A stretch of 32,000 nt of DNA from Pseudodesulfovibrio piezophilus C1TLV30 (GTDB lineage Bacteria > Desulfobacterota > Desulfovibrionia > Desulfovibrionales > Desulfovibrionaceae). The notes beneath the pieces were generated by a model, which ran no database searches, was not told the DNA's origin, and worked only from the letters and a program-made list of their open reading frames with translations. Positions 25,005 to 32,000 of this stretch are shown here, in pieces. Location: assembly GCF_000341895.1 (NCBI RefSeq), contig NC_020409.1, positions 510,001 through 542,000 on the forward strand. Reading direction: 5' to 3'. The translations under genes were made by a program, and so were the position numbers. Position 1 is the stretch's first letter. The number at the start of each line of letters is the position of its first letter.

Positions 25005-25033
25005 TTGACAGAGCCTGGCTTTAGGACAATAAC
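25005..25033 (+). promoter_or_regulatory. Candidate sigma-70-type promoter for dut-argD
   Basis: Motif only: TTGACA (25005-25010), a 17-nt spacer, then AATAAC (25028-25033, 4/6 to TATAAT). It lies about 35 nt upstream of the dut ATG. Confidence 0.3.
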
Positions 25034-25066
25034 TACCAATCAAACACAAGGATTGGATTTTACTGT

Positions 25067-25525
25067 ATGAGAAAAATTGATGTGGATGTTAAATTTATAG
25101 ATGACATGTGGGCTGACTATGATCTTGAGTATGCTACCGAATTCTCAGCTGGGCTTGACCTGAGAGCATGCTTGAAGTCATCTGAAATTGAGATAGCTCC
25201 AGGAAAAAAAGCAGCCATATCTGCTGGAATTTCTATTGAGATTCATGAGAAAAGTGTTGCTGCTTATATCTTTTCAAGAAGCGGCCTTGGGACTAAAGAA
25301 GGACTCACGATTAGTCAAGGAGTGGGCGTCATTGACCCTGATTATCGAGGAGAAATAAAGGTCTCTCTGCTCAATACTTCTGATCGAGTTCGACGAATTA
25401 AGCGCGGCCAGCGCATCGCACAAATGATCTTTATGCCCATATTCCAAGCTGTAATCAACCCGGTGCAAGAGTTGAACTCCACCAAACGAGGTGAAGGCGG
25501 CTTTGGCTCAACAGGGAAATTATAG
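25067..25525 (+). CDS. dut: dUTP diphosphatase (trimeric dUTPase)
   Basis: 152 aa. 'YATEFSAGLDLRA', 'RSGLG', 'GVIDPDYRGEI' and the C-terminal 'RGEGGFGSTG' are the canonical dUTPase motifs. Confidence 0.95.
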   Translation: MRKIDVDVKFIDDMWADYDLEYATEFSAGLDLRACLKSSEIEIAPGKKAAISAGISIEIHEKSVAAYIFSRSGLGTKEGLTISQGVGVIDPDYRGEIKVSLLNTSDRVRRIKRGQRIAQMIFMPIFQAVINPVQELNSTKRGEGGFGSTGKL

Positions 25526-25539
25526 TATTCCTCAAAAAA

Positions 25540-26760
25540 ATGAGTTTTGAGATGACAAGTAAATTTGATGCAATAAAAGAAAAAGAGTCCAATCTGCTCT
25601 GCAATACATACGGTAGATATCCTTTAGCCATTGCAAGAGCAGAAGACTGTAGATTATACGATTTAGAAAATACAGAGTATATTGATTTCCTGGCTGGAAT
25701 AGCAGTCTGCAGCCTGGGGCATTGCCGAGAAGAACTTGCGGATGTCATGACAGAACAGGCCAGAAAACTTGTCCATGTGAGCAATCTTTTTTACCAAGAA
25801 CCGCAATTAGAACTTGCTGAAAAGCTCCTTTCCACATGTGCAGCAGACAAAGTTTTCTTCTGTAATTCTGGAGCGGAAGCCAATGAAGGTGCTATAAAGC
25901 TGGCACGAAAGTATATGCATACAATTCAAGGTAAAAACCGACACGAAATCATTACCTTGGAAAAATCTTTTCATGGCCGGACTCTCTCTACTTTGACTGC
26001 CACAGGTCAAGCTGGGCCTATCAAGGAAGGCTTCCATCCTCTTCCTGAAGGCTTCATTACCGTTCCTTTTGAAAATACCAATGCATTGAGAGGAGCTGTA
26101 AGTGATAAAACTGCGGCTATCATGATTGAAATGGTTCAGGGTGAAGGTGGTGTGCGCCCTCTTTCTTCTGAATTTGTTCAAGATATTAGCGAACTCTGTA
26201 AAGAAAATGGAATTCTTCTTATTGTTGACGAAGTTCAAACAGGACTTTGCAGAACAGGCCGTTTTTGGGCGCACCAACATTATGGAATTACACCTGATAT
26301 ATTTACATCGGCAAAAGCGCTGGCAAATGGACTGCCAATGGGGGCTGTCCTATGCAGGGATGAAGTCGCCCGAGCATTTGAACCGGGATCACATGCTACC
26401 ACCTTTGGTGGAGGCGGAGTTGTCTCTGCTGTGGCAGCAAAAGTAATAGATATCATGCTGGAAGAAAAACTTTCCGAGCGAGCTTTTGAAATGGGAAAGT
26501 ATTTGAGCGCGCAAGTACTTAAACTTAAACAAAAGTACCCGGAAAAGATTATAGGCCCCAGAGGTCTTGGGCTTTTATTTGGAATTGAGTTGGCTTTCAA
26601 TGGTTCTGAAATATGGAAATCTCTTTTGAATAAACGCATTATATGCAATTTGACTCAAGGAACAATTCTGCGTCTTGTTCCTCCTTTAACTATTACACAT
26701 GAAGATATTAATATCTTTATTGCTGCATTGGATGCAGCTCTTGAGGAATCTGAAACATAG
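25540..26760 (+). CDS. argD: Acetylornithine aminotransferase (class-III PLP aminotransferase)
   Basis: 406 aa. 'FFCNSGAEANEGAIKLARKY', 'LLIVDEVQTGLCRTGRFWA', 'PDIFTSAKALANGLPMGA' (the PLP-binding Lys) and 'HATTFGG'. ArgD is the best guess. Other class-III specificities cannot be excluded by eye. ATG 25552 is an alternative start. Confidence 0.85.
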   Translation: MSFEMTSKFDAIKEKESNLLCNTYGRYPLAIARAEDCRLYDLENTEYIDFLAGIAVCSLGHCREELADVMTEQARKLVHVSNLFYQEPQLELAEKLLSTCAADKVFFCNSGAEANEGAIKLARKYMHTIQGKNRHEIITLEKSFHGRTLSTLTATGQAGPIKEGFHPLPEGFITVPFENTNALRGAVSDKTAAIMIEMVQGEGGVRPLSSEFVQDISELCKENGILLIVDEVQTGLCRTGRFWAHQHYGITPDIFTSAKALANGLPMGAVLCRDEVARAFEPGSHATTFGGGGVVSAVAAKVIDIMLEEKLSERAFEMGKYLSAQVLKLKQKYPEKIIGPRGLGLLFGIELAFNGSEIWKSLLNKRIICNLTQGTILRLVPPLTITHEDINIFIAALDAALEESET

Positions 26761-26815
26761 CCGACCTTGACCACGGCAACGGGTACGCGTAGTTGAAACG
26801 TGAGGTGGTGAATAT

Positions 26816-27025
26816 ATGAGCAATATTGTAGGCATTGAATCCCTGAGTGGCACTCTTCCCACACGGGATGATGACCGAGAAAATGTTGATTCTACATTCA
26901 ATATTCCTGACGAATTTGCAATCTCTCCTCTCACTAAAAACTTGGCTGAAAAACAGGATAATAAAACGACTCTGCAGGATGCACAATATACTGGGAAAGG
27001 GTCCTTTATGGACACGGTTTTCTAA
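26816..27025 (+). CDS. Hypothetical small acidic protein (69 aa), no family recognised
   Basis: GAGGTG Shine-Dalgarno (26802-26807) 8 nt upstream of the ATG. A strong hairpin follows. Sequence: MSNIVGIESLSGTLPTRDDDRENVDSTFNIPDEFAISPLTKNLAEKQDNKTTLQDAQYTGKGSFMDTVF. It looks hydrophilic and probably disordered. Confidence 0.55.
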   Translation: MSNIVGIESLSGTLPTRDDDRENVDSTFNIPDEFAISPLTKNLAEKQDNKTTLQDAQYTGKGSFMDTVF

Positions 27026-27042
27026 TTTCCCCAGCACAACCA

Positions 27043-27070
27043 GGGGTCAGGAATCAAAATTCCTGGCCCC
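27043..27070 (+). terminator. Strong hairpin (possible terminator or attenuator) between the 69-aa ORF and prmA
   Basis: 12-bp stem 'ggggtcaggaat' (27043-27054) / 'attcctggcccc' (27059-27070) with one G-U pair and loop 'caaa'. The tail 'ctctcgctttta' is only weakly T-rich. Confidence 0.5.
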
Positions 27071-27081
27071 CTCTCGCTTTT

Positions 27082-27960
27082 ATGGAGCAAGCAAAGATGT
27101 CTACATTATTTAAAATTGAATTTACAATCGCTGAAGACAAGGCAGATGAAGCGGGAATATTCATCTCCTCCAAGGTTCCCCATGGCTGGGAGGAAACTCC
27201 GAGTGCAGAGGGGAGGCGAATGACTTTGTTTCTTGAAGACCATATTTTGGGAATTGAAATAGTCAAAGAATTTGAATCCCATTTTCCAGACGCTGAAATT
27301 CTCCATTCAGAACAAAAAAAGGAAGATTGGGCTTTAGCCTGGAAAGATTTTTTTACACCGGTCACATGTGGGAAAACATTTACGATCCTCCCCCCTTGGT
27401 TAAAAAGTCAAGGAACAGAAACTTCTCAAAATATTATTATTGAACCTAAAATGGCATTTGGAACAGGTCACCATCCAACGACAGCCCTTTGCTTGAAAAC
27501 CATAGGGAATCTATGGAATAAAAAAGCACTGCACTCTGACCAGACATTTCTTGATCTTGGTACTGGATCAGGAATCCTGGGGATTGGACTTGGTAAATTG
27601 GGACTTACTGGCCTTGGCCTTGATACTGACCCACAGGCTATTATTTGTGCGAAAGAGAACGTAAAAAACAATAAGGTCTGCGGAAAATTAACACTTGCAG
27701 TTGGCAGCATCAACTCTCTGGATAGGAACATCAATTATGATGTGATCGTTGCTAATATCTTGTCTGGACCATTGATAGAAATGGCCTCAGACATCATACC
27801 TCATATAAAAAAAGGTGGGAGCTTGATTCTCTCAGGGATACTCACCGAAAAACAGGCAGATGCTGTGGCTGAAACGTATGAAAGATATAATATAGGAACA
27901 CCTGCTCGCTTCATTGAAGGAGAATGGTCTTGTCTTGTTTGGGAGACTGTGGAGAACTAA
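27082..27960 (+). CDS. prmA: Ribosomal protein L11 methyltransferase
   Basis: 'IIIEPKMAFGTGHHPTTALCL' and the SAM motif 'FLDLGTGSGILGI', with 'VANIL' downstream. ATG 27097 (GGAG 9 nt upstream) is a plausible alternative to ATG 27082, which has no Shine-Dalgarno. Confidence 0.88.
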   Translation: MEQAKMSTLFKIEFTIAEDKADEAGIFISSKVPHGWEETPSAEGRRMTLFLEDHILGIEIVKEFESHFPDAEILHSEQKKEDWALAWKDFFTPVTCGKTFTILPPWLKSQGTETSQNIIIEPKMAFGTGHHPTTALCLKTIGNLWNKKALHSDQTFLDLGTGSGILGIGLGKLGLTGLGLDTDPQAIICAKENVKNNKVCGKLTLAVGSINSLDRNINYDVIVANILSGPLIEMASDIIPHIKKGGSLILSGILTEKQADAVAETYERYNIGTPARFIEGEWSCLVWETVEN

Positions 27961-27961
27961 G

Positions 27962-28615
27962 ATGGGACAGGCCGCCACGCTCATATCACTTTACCACGCA
28001 ATGAGAGACAAACTCGGGCCAAGTCATTGGTGGCCTGGTGACTCGCCCTTTGAAATTGCAATCGGCGCTATCCTAACTCAGAATACAAACTGGCAGAACG
28101 TTGAAAAGGCCCTTGGCAATCTAAAAAAAACGGGCAACCTGACACCGGAGAAAATGTATTCCCTTTCCTTCGAAGAATTATCAAACTTGATTCATCCAGC
28201 GGGATATTACAATATAAAGACTCGAAGGATTAAAAACTTTCTCGAATTTCTTAATATTGAGGCAAGTTTCGATATCGAAAACTTGGCTTCACAAGAAATT
28301 CAGGATATCCGTCCAAAAATTTTAGGAGTAAATGGGATAGGGCCTGAAACAGCGGATGCCATTTTGCTCTACGCTCTTCAACTGCCTGTTTTTGTAGTAG
28401 ATGCATATACACAAAGGATTTTGCACAGACATGATCTTGTTCACGATGGAATTGATTATCATGAACTACAGGCTCTTTTCATGGACTCCCTCCCCCAAGA
28501 TGTGTCAGTTTACAACGAATTCCATGCACTCATCGTGAGGACTGGTAAACAATGGTGCAAAAAAAAAGTCGGGGTCTGTGATTCATGCCCGCTCCAACCT
28601 TTTCTTTTTGTCTGA
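27962..28615 (+). CDS. Endonuclease III-like HhH-GPD superfamily protein (DNA glycosylase-related)
   Basis: The start was trimmed to ATG 27962, 1 nt after the prmA stop. 'AIGAILTQNTNWQNVEKA', the helix-hairpin-helix 'ILGVNGIGPETADAILLYAL' and 'VVDAYTQRIL' follow the EndoIII/HhH-GPD pattern. The C-terminal 'CKKKVGVCDSCPL' is a partial Fe-S cluster loop. Confidence 0.8.
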   Translation: MGQAATLISLYHAMRDKLGPSHWWPGDSPFEIAIGAILTQNTNWQNVEKALGNLKKTGNLTPEKMYSLSFEELSNLIHPAGYYNIKTRRIKNFLEFLNIEASFDIENLASQEIQDIRPKILGVNGIGPETADAILLYALQLPVFVVDAYTQRILHRHDLVHDGIDYHELQALFMDSLPQDVSVYNEFHALIVRTGKQWCKKKVGVCDSCPLQPFLFV

Positions 28616-28619
28616 ATTA

Positions 28620-29726
28620 ATGAAAAATATTTATTTGCCATTTGCTCTTTTCTTGTTTTTATTACCATTCACTTCCCATGCTATGGAGACAGGAGAAACG
28701 CTTCATAAAACACTCCTGCAAGAAAACAAAAAAGCTGATGACAAAGAAGTGAGAGTCAAGGAACTTACTCGCCAAGCCGGCAAAATATCTTTACAGCTTA
28801 GTAGTATAGAGCATGGTATAAGAAGCTTGAGCAGCAAAATATCCTCACAAGAGAGAATCCTGAGACAAATTCGACAAAATGAAAAAAAAGCACGAAGTGA
28901 TCATTTTATCCTAGAGGCAGAAAAGGCTCAAATAAAAACTGAATTATCCAGTCTAATGAAGTATTTATGGCCCATACATCTTCAAAATATTCGTGCTCGT
29001 TTCGAAGGAGTGCAAAGTTGGGATATGTTTGATCGCCGTTTTAACTGGTTGGCATGTGTGTATGGAGCAACTCAGGAAAAAATGGATGAAGCCCAACTGA
29101 ATTCAGATAAGATCAGCAATAACCTTGAACGACAACAACTTCTTGAAAAAGAAGCCGAAACCCAATTATCTCAGATAAATAAAAATAAAGACAACCTACT
29201 GAAGAACAAGTATATTCTTCGAAAGAATTTAAGCAAGACGCGTCGAAAAAAACAAACTATTGAGTCTGAACTCAATGAGATACTCGCAACGATAGAAGAA
29301 TTAAAGTACCAACTTCAATCACAAAAAAATAAGAAATTCACGCTCTACAAAAGAGCACTTCCATGGCCCGTTCACGGACATTTACTCAGTTCCTTTAATC
29401 TTCAATCCAAGCCACCAAGAAGAGGGCTGACGCTCGGCACAACAGCCGATACAAAAGTTCAATCTGTTTTTTGGGGCAAAGTTGTTCATAATGATACGTT
29501 ACGAGGTTTTGGCCATGTTGTAATCGTGTATCATGGATATGACTATTACAGTCTCTATGCATATTTATCAAAGACATATGTACGAAACGGCCAGGAAGTC
29601 GAAAAAGATGAACCTCTCGGGGTTGTAGGCTATTCACCAAAGGTTGGTGGTCCTGGACTATATTTTGAATTGCGTTTTCATCAAAAACCAATTAACCCGA
29701 AGCTTTGGTTGACTGCCCTTCGCTAA
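28620..29726 (+). CDS. envC: EnvC-like murein hydrolase activator (coiled coil plus degenerate LytM/M23 domain)
   Basis: The start was trimmed to ATG 28620, giving the signal peptide 'MKNIYLPFALFLFLLPFTSHA'. A long Gln/Lys/Glu-rich coiled-coil region follows. The C-terminal domain closely resembles my recollection of E. coli EnvC ('LPWPVHG', 'GLYFELRFHQKPINPKLWL'). The M23 metal-ligand positions are substituted. Confidence 0.8.
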   Translation: MKNIYLPFALFLFLLPFTSHAMETGETLHKTLLQENKKADDKEVRVKELTRQAGKISLQLSSIEHGIRSLSSKISSQERILRQIRQNEKKARSDHFILEAEKAQIKTELSSLMKYLWPIHLQNIRARFEGVQSWDMFDRRFNWLACVYGATQEKMDEAQLNSDKISNNLERQQLLEKEAETQLSQINKNKDNLLKNKYILRKNLSKTRRKKQTIESELNEILATIEELKYQLQSQKNKKFTLYKRALPWPVHGHLLSSFNLQSKPPRRGLTLGTTADTKVQSVFWGKVVHNDTLRGFGHVVIVYHGYDYYSLYAYLSKTYVRNGQEVEKDEPLGVVGYSPKVGGPGLYFELRFHQKPINPKLWLTALR

Positions 29727-29770
29727 GGCATCATCCCACTCTGAACCCACTCCGTTTTACGGGAGGACAT

Positions 29771-31054
29771 ATGCGAATTACGCTCTGGCTGATCACTTTT
29801 CTCTTGCTGTTCACTTTGACTGTTTCCCCTGTTCAAACTCAGGCGGCAACTGATGGTCATTTTGAGGCGCTTAAGCGTTTTTCGCAGGTGCTTGACATGG
29901 TTGAGAGCTACTATGTCAAACCGATTTCCCGGAAAGAGCTTATTGACAATTCAATAAAAGGAATGATTGAGCAACTTGATCCCCACTCATCTTACCTGAC
30001 GCCTGAGGATTATAAGGGGATGCAGGAAGATACTGCTGGAAAATTTTCCGGTATTGGTATCGAGATCAGTCTTGATCAAGGCCGTATAATTGTCGTCACA
30101 CCCATTGAAGATACTCCCGCTGATAAAGCCGGTCTTCTTGCAGGTGATATTATCCTTGAAATAGAAGGAGAGTCGACACAAGACATGACATTGCTTGATG
30201 CAGTCAAGAGAATCCGTGGAGACAAGGGAACAATCGTTCATCTGCTGATCTTACATAAGGATTCAAATCACCCTGAAGATGTTGCCATTGTTCGAGGCAC
30301 CATTCCTATTATCAGCGTAAAAACTCAATCCCTTGAAGACGGCTATCTCTATTTACGCCTCACTGGATTCAAAGAGTCCACAACAAAAAATATGCGTCAA
30401 GAAATTGTTGAGTATCAAAAAAAACATACCCTGAAAGGGATTGTCCTCGATTTACGGAATAACCCTGGAGGGTTACTTGGACAAGCCGTTTCCGTTGCCG
30501 ATACTTTTATCGATGAAGGCACGATCGTATATATTCAGGGAAAAGATGCAAAGAATCGAAAAGATTTCTTTGCTGCACGAAATTCGGATGATGTGCGCGT
30601 CCCTCTGGTGACGATCATTAATGCAGGTTCGGCCTCAGCTTCGGAAATCGTAGCAGGAGCCTTGCAGGATCATAAACGTGGGCTGATTGTTGGTGAACGA
30701 TCTTTTGGTAAAGGGTCGGTACAAACAATCATTCCAATGGCTGACGGCACAGGAATCAAATTGACCACGGCACTTTATTACACTCCTGCTGGACGTTCTA
30801 TTCAGGCTCGTGGAATTGACCCCGATTTGAGAATACCATTTATTGCCCCAGTTAAAGATGACGAGAAAGCGATGCGGGACCGTCTGACGATCAGAGAAAA
30901 AGATTTGAATAGACACCTCGAAAATGGCAATAAAACCAAACCTCATTCTGACAAAGATGCTGAACAGGCCCACGACAGACTCGCAAGGGATAACCAATTA
31001 AGAATGGCGTTGGAACTTGTAAAAAGTCTTCCTAAATTCAAAGCGTTAAAATAA
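29771..31054 (+). CDS. ctpA: Carboxy-terminal processing protease (S41 family, PDZ-containing)
   Basis: The start was trimmed to ATG 29771 (GGGAGGA Shine-Dalgarno at 29761-29767), giving the signal peptide 'MRITLWLITFLLLFTLTVSPVQTQA'. PDZ domain 'GIGIEISLDQGRIIVVTPIEDTPADKAGLLAGDIILEIEG'. S41 blocks 'LDLRNNPGGLL', 'NAGSASASEIVAGALQD' and 'GERSFGKGSVQT'. Confidence 0.9.
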   Translation: MRITLWLITFLLLFTLTVSPVQTQAATDGHFEALKRFSQVLDMVESYYVKPISRKELIDNSIKGMIEQLDPHSSYLTPEDYKGMQEDTAGKFSGIGIEISLDQGRIIVVTPIEDTPADKAGLLAGDIILEIEGESTQDMTLLDAVKRIRGDKGTIVHLLILHKDSNHPEDVAIVRGTIPIISVKTQSLEDGYLYLRLTGFKESTTKNMRQEIVEYQKKHTLKGIVLDLRNNPGGLLGQAVSVADTFIDEGTIVYIQGKDAKNRKDFFAARNSDDVRVPLVTIINAGSASASEIVAGALQDHKRGLIVGERSFGKGSVQTIIPMADGTGIKLTTALYYTPAGRSIQARGIDPDLRIPFIAPVKDDEKAMRDRLTIREKDLNRHLENGNKTKPHSDKDAEQAHDRLARDNQLRMALELVKSLPKFKALK

Positions 31055-31070
31055 GGGATCCCCTTCTCCC

Positions 31071-32000
31071 ATGGAAGAACACTCCCAGGAAGAGACAAAA
31101 AATGAACAGACCGGGCTGAAGAAGCTTTTGAGGAAGCTCTATCAGCCCGGTCCTCTCATATTGCTGTTTATTGCTGCATTTGGCGCATTAGTAATGCTCG
31201 CTGTTCATATTTTGACCCAAACTCCGCCTCCTCCACCGGTGGTTATGACGCCACAACCGTACACTCAACGGGTGTATGAAGAGGAGAGTTCTTTCACGTT
31301 GGAAGATCAGGTCAAAGTTGTAGATTTAGGCATCATCAAGACAATGCAATCCATGAAAATTGCGATGTCTCAGTTGGATCTTCTCAGTGTTGAGATACAC
31401 AAGCGTGAGGGGGAAAATTTCCATTACCAAGTGTTACAACTTCCTTCTCCCCCAGAATACTCTCTCTTTCTCAAGACATTGAGAGGTTACCTGCAACAGC
31501 AAGCCCCAAATGCAAATATAACTCTTACCAATGATCAAGAGTTGGTGATTACCATTGAAGGGCTTCCTACTCATAAACTTTTATTTGAAAAAAAACCTGT
31601 CCCTCTTTCTCGCCAATCGGAAAGCCTTGGCCCTAAAATGGTTATCGTTATTGATGATATAGGTGAGAACATGAAAGTTTTACATGGGTTGGTGGCTCTC
31701 GATTTCCCGATCACCTTGGCAGTTTGGCCGCATGCATCGTTCACACGTCAAGCAGTGAAACTCATTCGTGAAACCCAACATGATCTCATTATTCATTTTC
31801 CGATGGAACCCATGGGGTATCCCAAGTACAACCCTGGCGAAGATGCCCTTTTTGTTACGATGAGTGCCAGTGAAATTCGCGCTCAAATAGCCCTTAATCT
31901 TTCTCAAATCCCAGAAGCTATCGGTGTCAATAACCACATGGGGTCGCGCTTCACTTCTGACAAAAAAGGCATGAAAATAGCGTTATCCGAATTTAAACAA
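31071..32000 (+). CDS. Divergent polysaccharide deacetylase family protein (YibQ-like), 5' partial, runs off the window end
   Basis: Not in the ORF track because there is no stop inside the window. Translated manually from ATG 31071: an N-terminal TM ('PLILLFIAAFGALVMLAVHIL'), then 'MVIVIDDIGENMKV', 'FPITLAVWPHASF', 'IIHFPMEPMGYP' and 'GVNNHMGSRFT', which match the YibQ-type divergent deacetylase pattern. The frame stays open to position 32000. Confidence 0.8.
   Translation, partial: MEEHSQEETKNEQTGLKKLLRKLYQPGPLILLFIAAFGALVMLAVHILTQTPPPPPVVMTPQPYTQRVYEEESSFTLEDQVKVVDLGIIKTMQSMKIAMSQLDLLSVEIHKREGENFHYQVLQLPSPPEYSLFLKTLRGYLQQQAPNANITLTNDQELVITIEGLPTHKLLFEKKPVPLSRQSESLGPKMVIVIDDIGENMKVLHGLVALDFPITLAVWPHASFTRQAVKLIRETQHDLIIHFPMEPMGYPKYNPGEDALFVTMSASEIRAQIALNLSQIPEAIGVNNHMGSRFTSDKKGMKIALSEFKQ

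Noticed and set aside
24617-25066. A sigma-54 (-24/-12) promoter for the glutamate synthase or argD units.
   Set aside because: I scanned both strands by eye for TGGCAC-N5-TTGC. The closest strings ('ttggcaaatgac...', 'tggacgtgcaatgtt', 'ttggacactgatattttg') have the wrong spacing or too many mismatches.
26816-27025. The 69-aa ORF as the anti-sigma-28 factor FlgM or another known small regulator.
   Set aside because: I recognise no similarity to the FlgM C-terminal helices or to any other family, and there are no flagellar genes nearby. It stays hypothetical.
28559-28615. A frameshift in the A9 or T-rich tract as the explanation for the missing fourth Cys of the EndoIII-like protein.
   Set aside because: Shifting frame in the 'ccttttcttttt' region gives '...CDSCPLQPFSFCLN*' (C-X2-C-X7-C). 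That does not restore the canonical X5 spacing, so there is no positive evidence for a frameshift or pseudogene.
1-32000. Mobile elements, defence islands, CRISPR arrays, tRNA or rRNA genes, toxin-antitoxin pairs, and selenocysteine (in-frame TGA) genes.
   Set aside because: I saw no transposase, integrase or phage-like ORFs and no spaced direct-repeat arrays. I saw no tRNA-like T-arm or acceptor features in the intergenic regions. No adjacent same-frame ORF pairs are split by a TGA near the redox genes. Composition appears uniform across the window by eye; I did not compute it.

Overview
This window is a densely packed, almost entirely housekeeping stretch of bacterial chromosome with about 38 protein-coding genes. 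I recognised no rRNA or tRNA genes, no CRISPR array, no transposase, integrase or phage genes, and no defence system.

Gene content suggests an anaerobic Desulfobacterota ('Deltaproteobacteria', Desulfovibrio-like) organism. The clues are a three-ORF archaeal-type glutamate synthase, an FTR-like ferredoxin:disulfide reductase, citramalate synthase and a minimal eutBC pair. This is a low-confidence inference and no search was run.

Layout, left to right:
- Partial ORF end, then a long palindromic bidirectional terminator, then ugd (-).
- A co-directional seven-gene block: pdxJ-acpS-nnr-CBS-tsaE-lysC-cimA (+).
- Bidirectional terminator, then gap (-) and surE (-).
- yhaM-like exoribonuclease and tmk (+).
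- A terminator-bounded operon: permease, 32-aa ORF, lipoprotein binding protein, permease, glutaredoxin-like protein, FTR-catalytic-subunit-like protein (+).
- eutBC (+), then a bidirectional terminator.
- secF-secD-yajC and three glutamate-synthase domain genes (-).
- A 450-nt AT-rich divergent intergenic region.
- dut-argD, a 69-aa orphan ORF, prmA, an endonuclease-III-like gene, envC-like, ctpA and a partial yibQ-like gene (+).

The best candidate for something not already described is the ABC importer with no ATPase gene, which is translationally coupled to the Grx-like/FTR-like redox pair (12036-15512). Every other finding is a smaller oddity: start-codon and propeptide questions, structured spacers, small ORFs, degenerate active sites and long palindromes.

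All coordinates come from the supplied ORF track plus manual reading. Several starts were trimmed from the ORF-track maxima using Shine-Dalgarno sequences, signal peptides and conserved N-termini.
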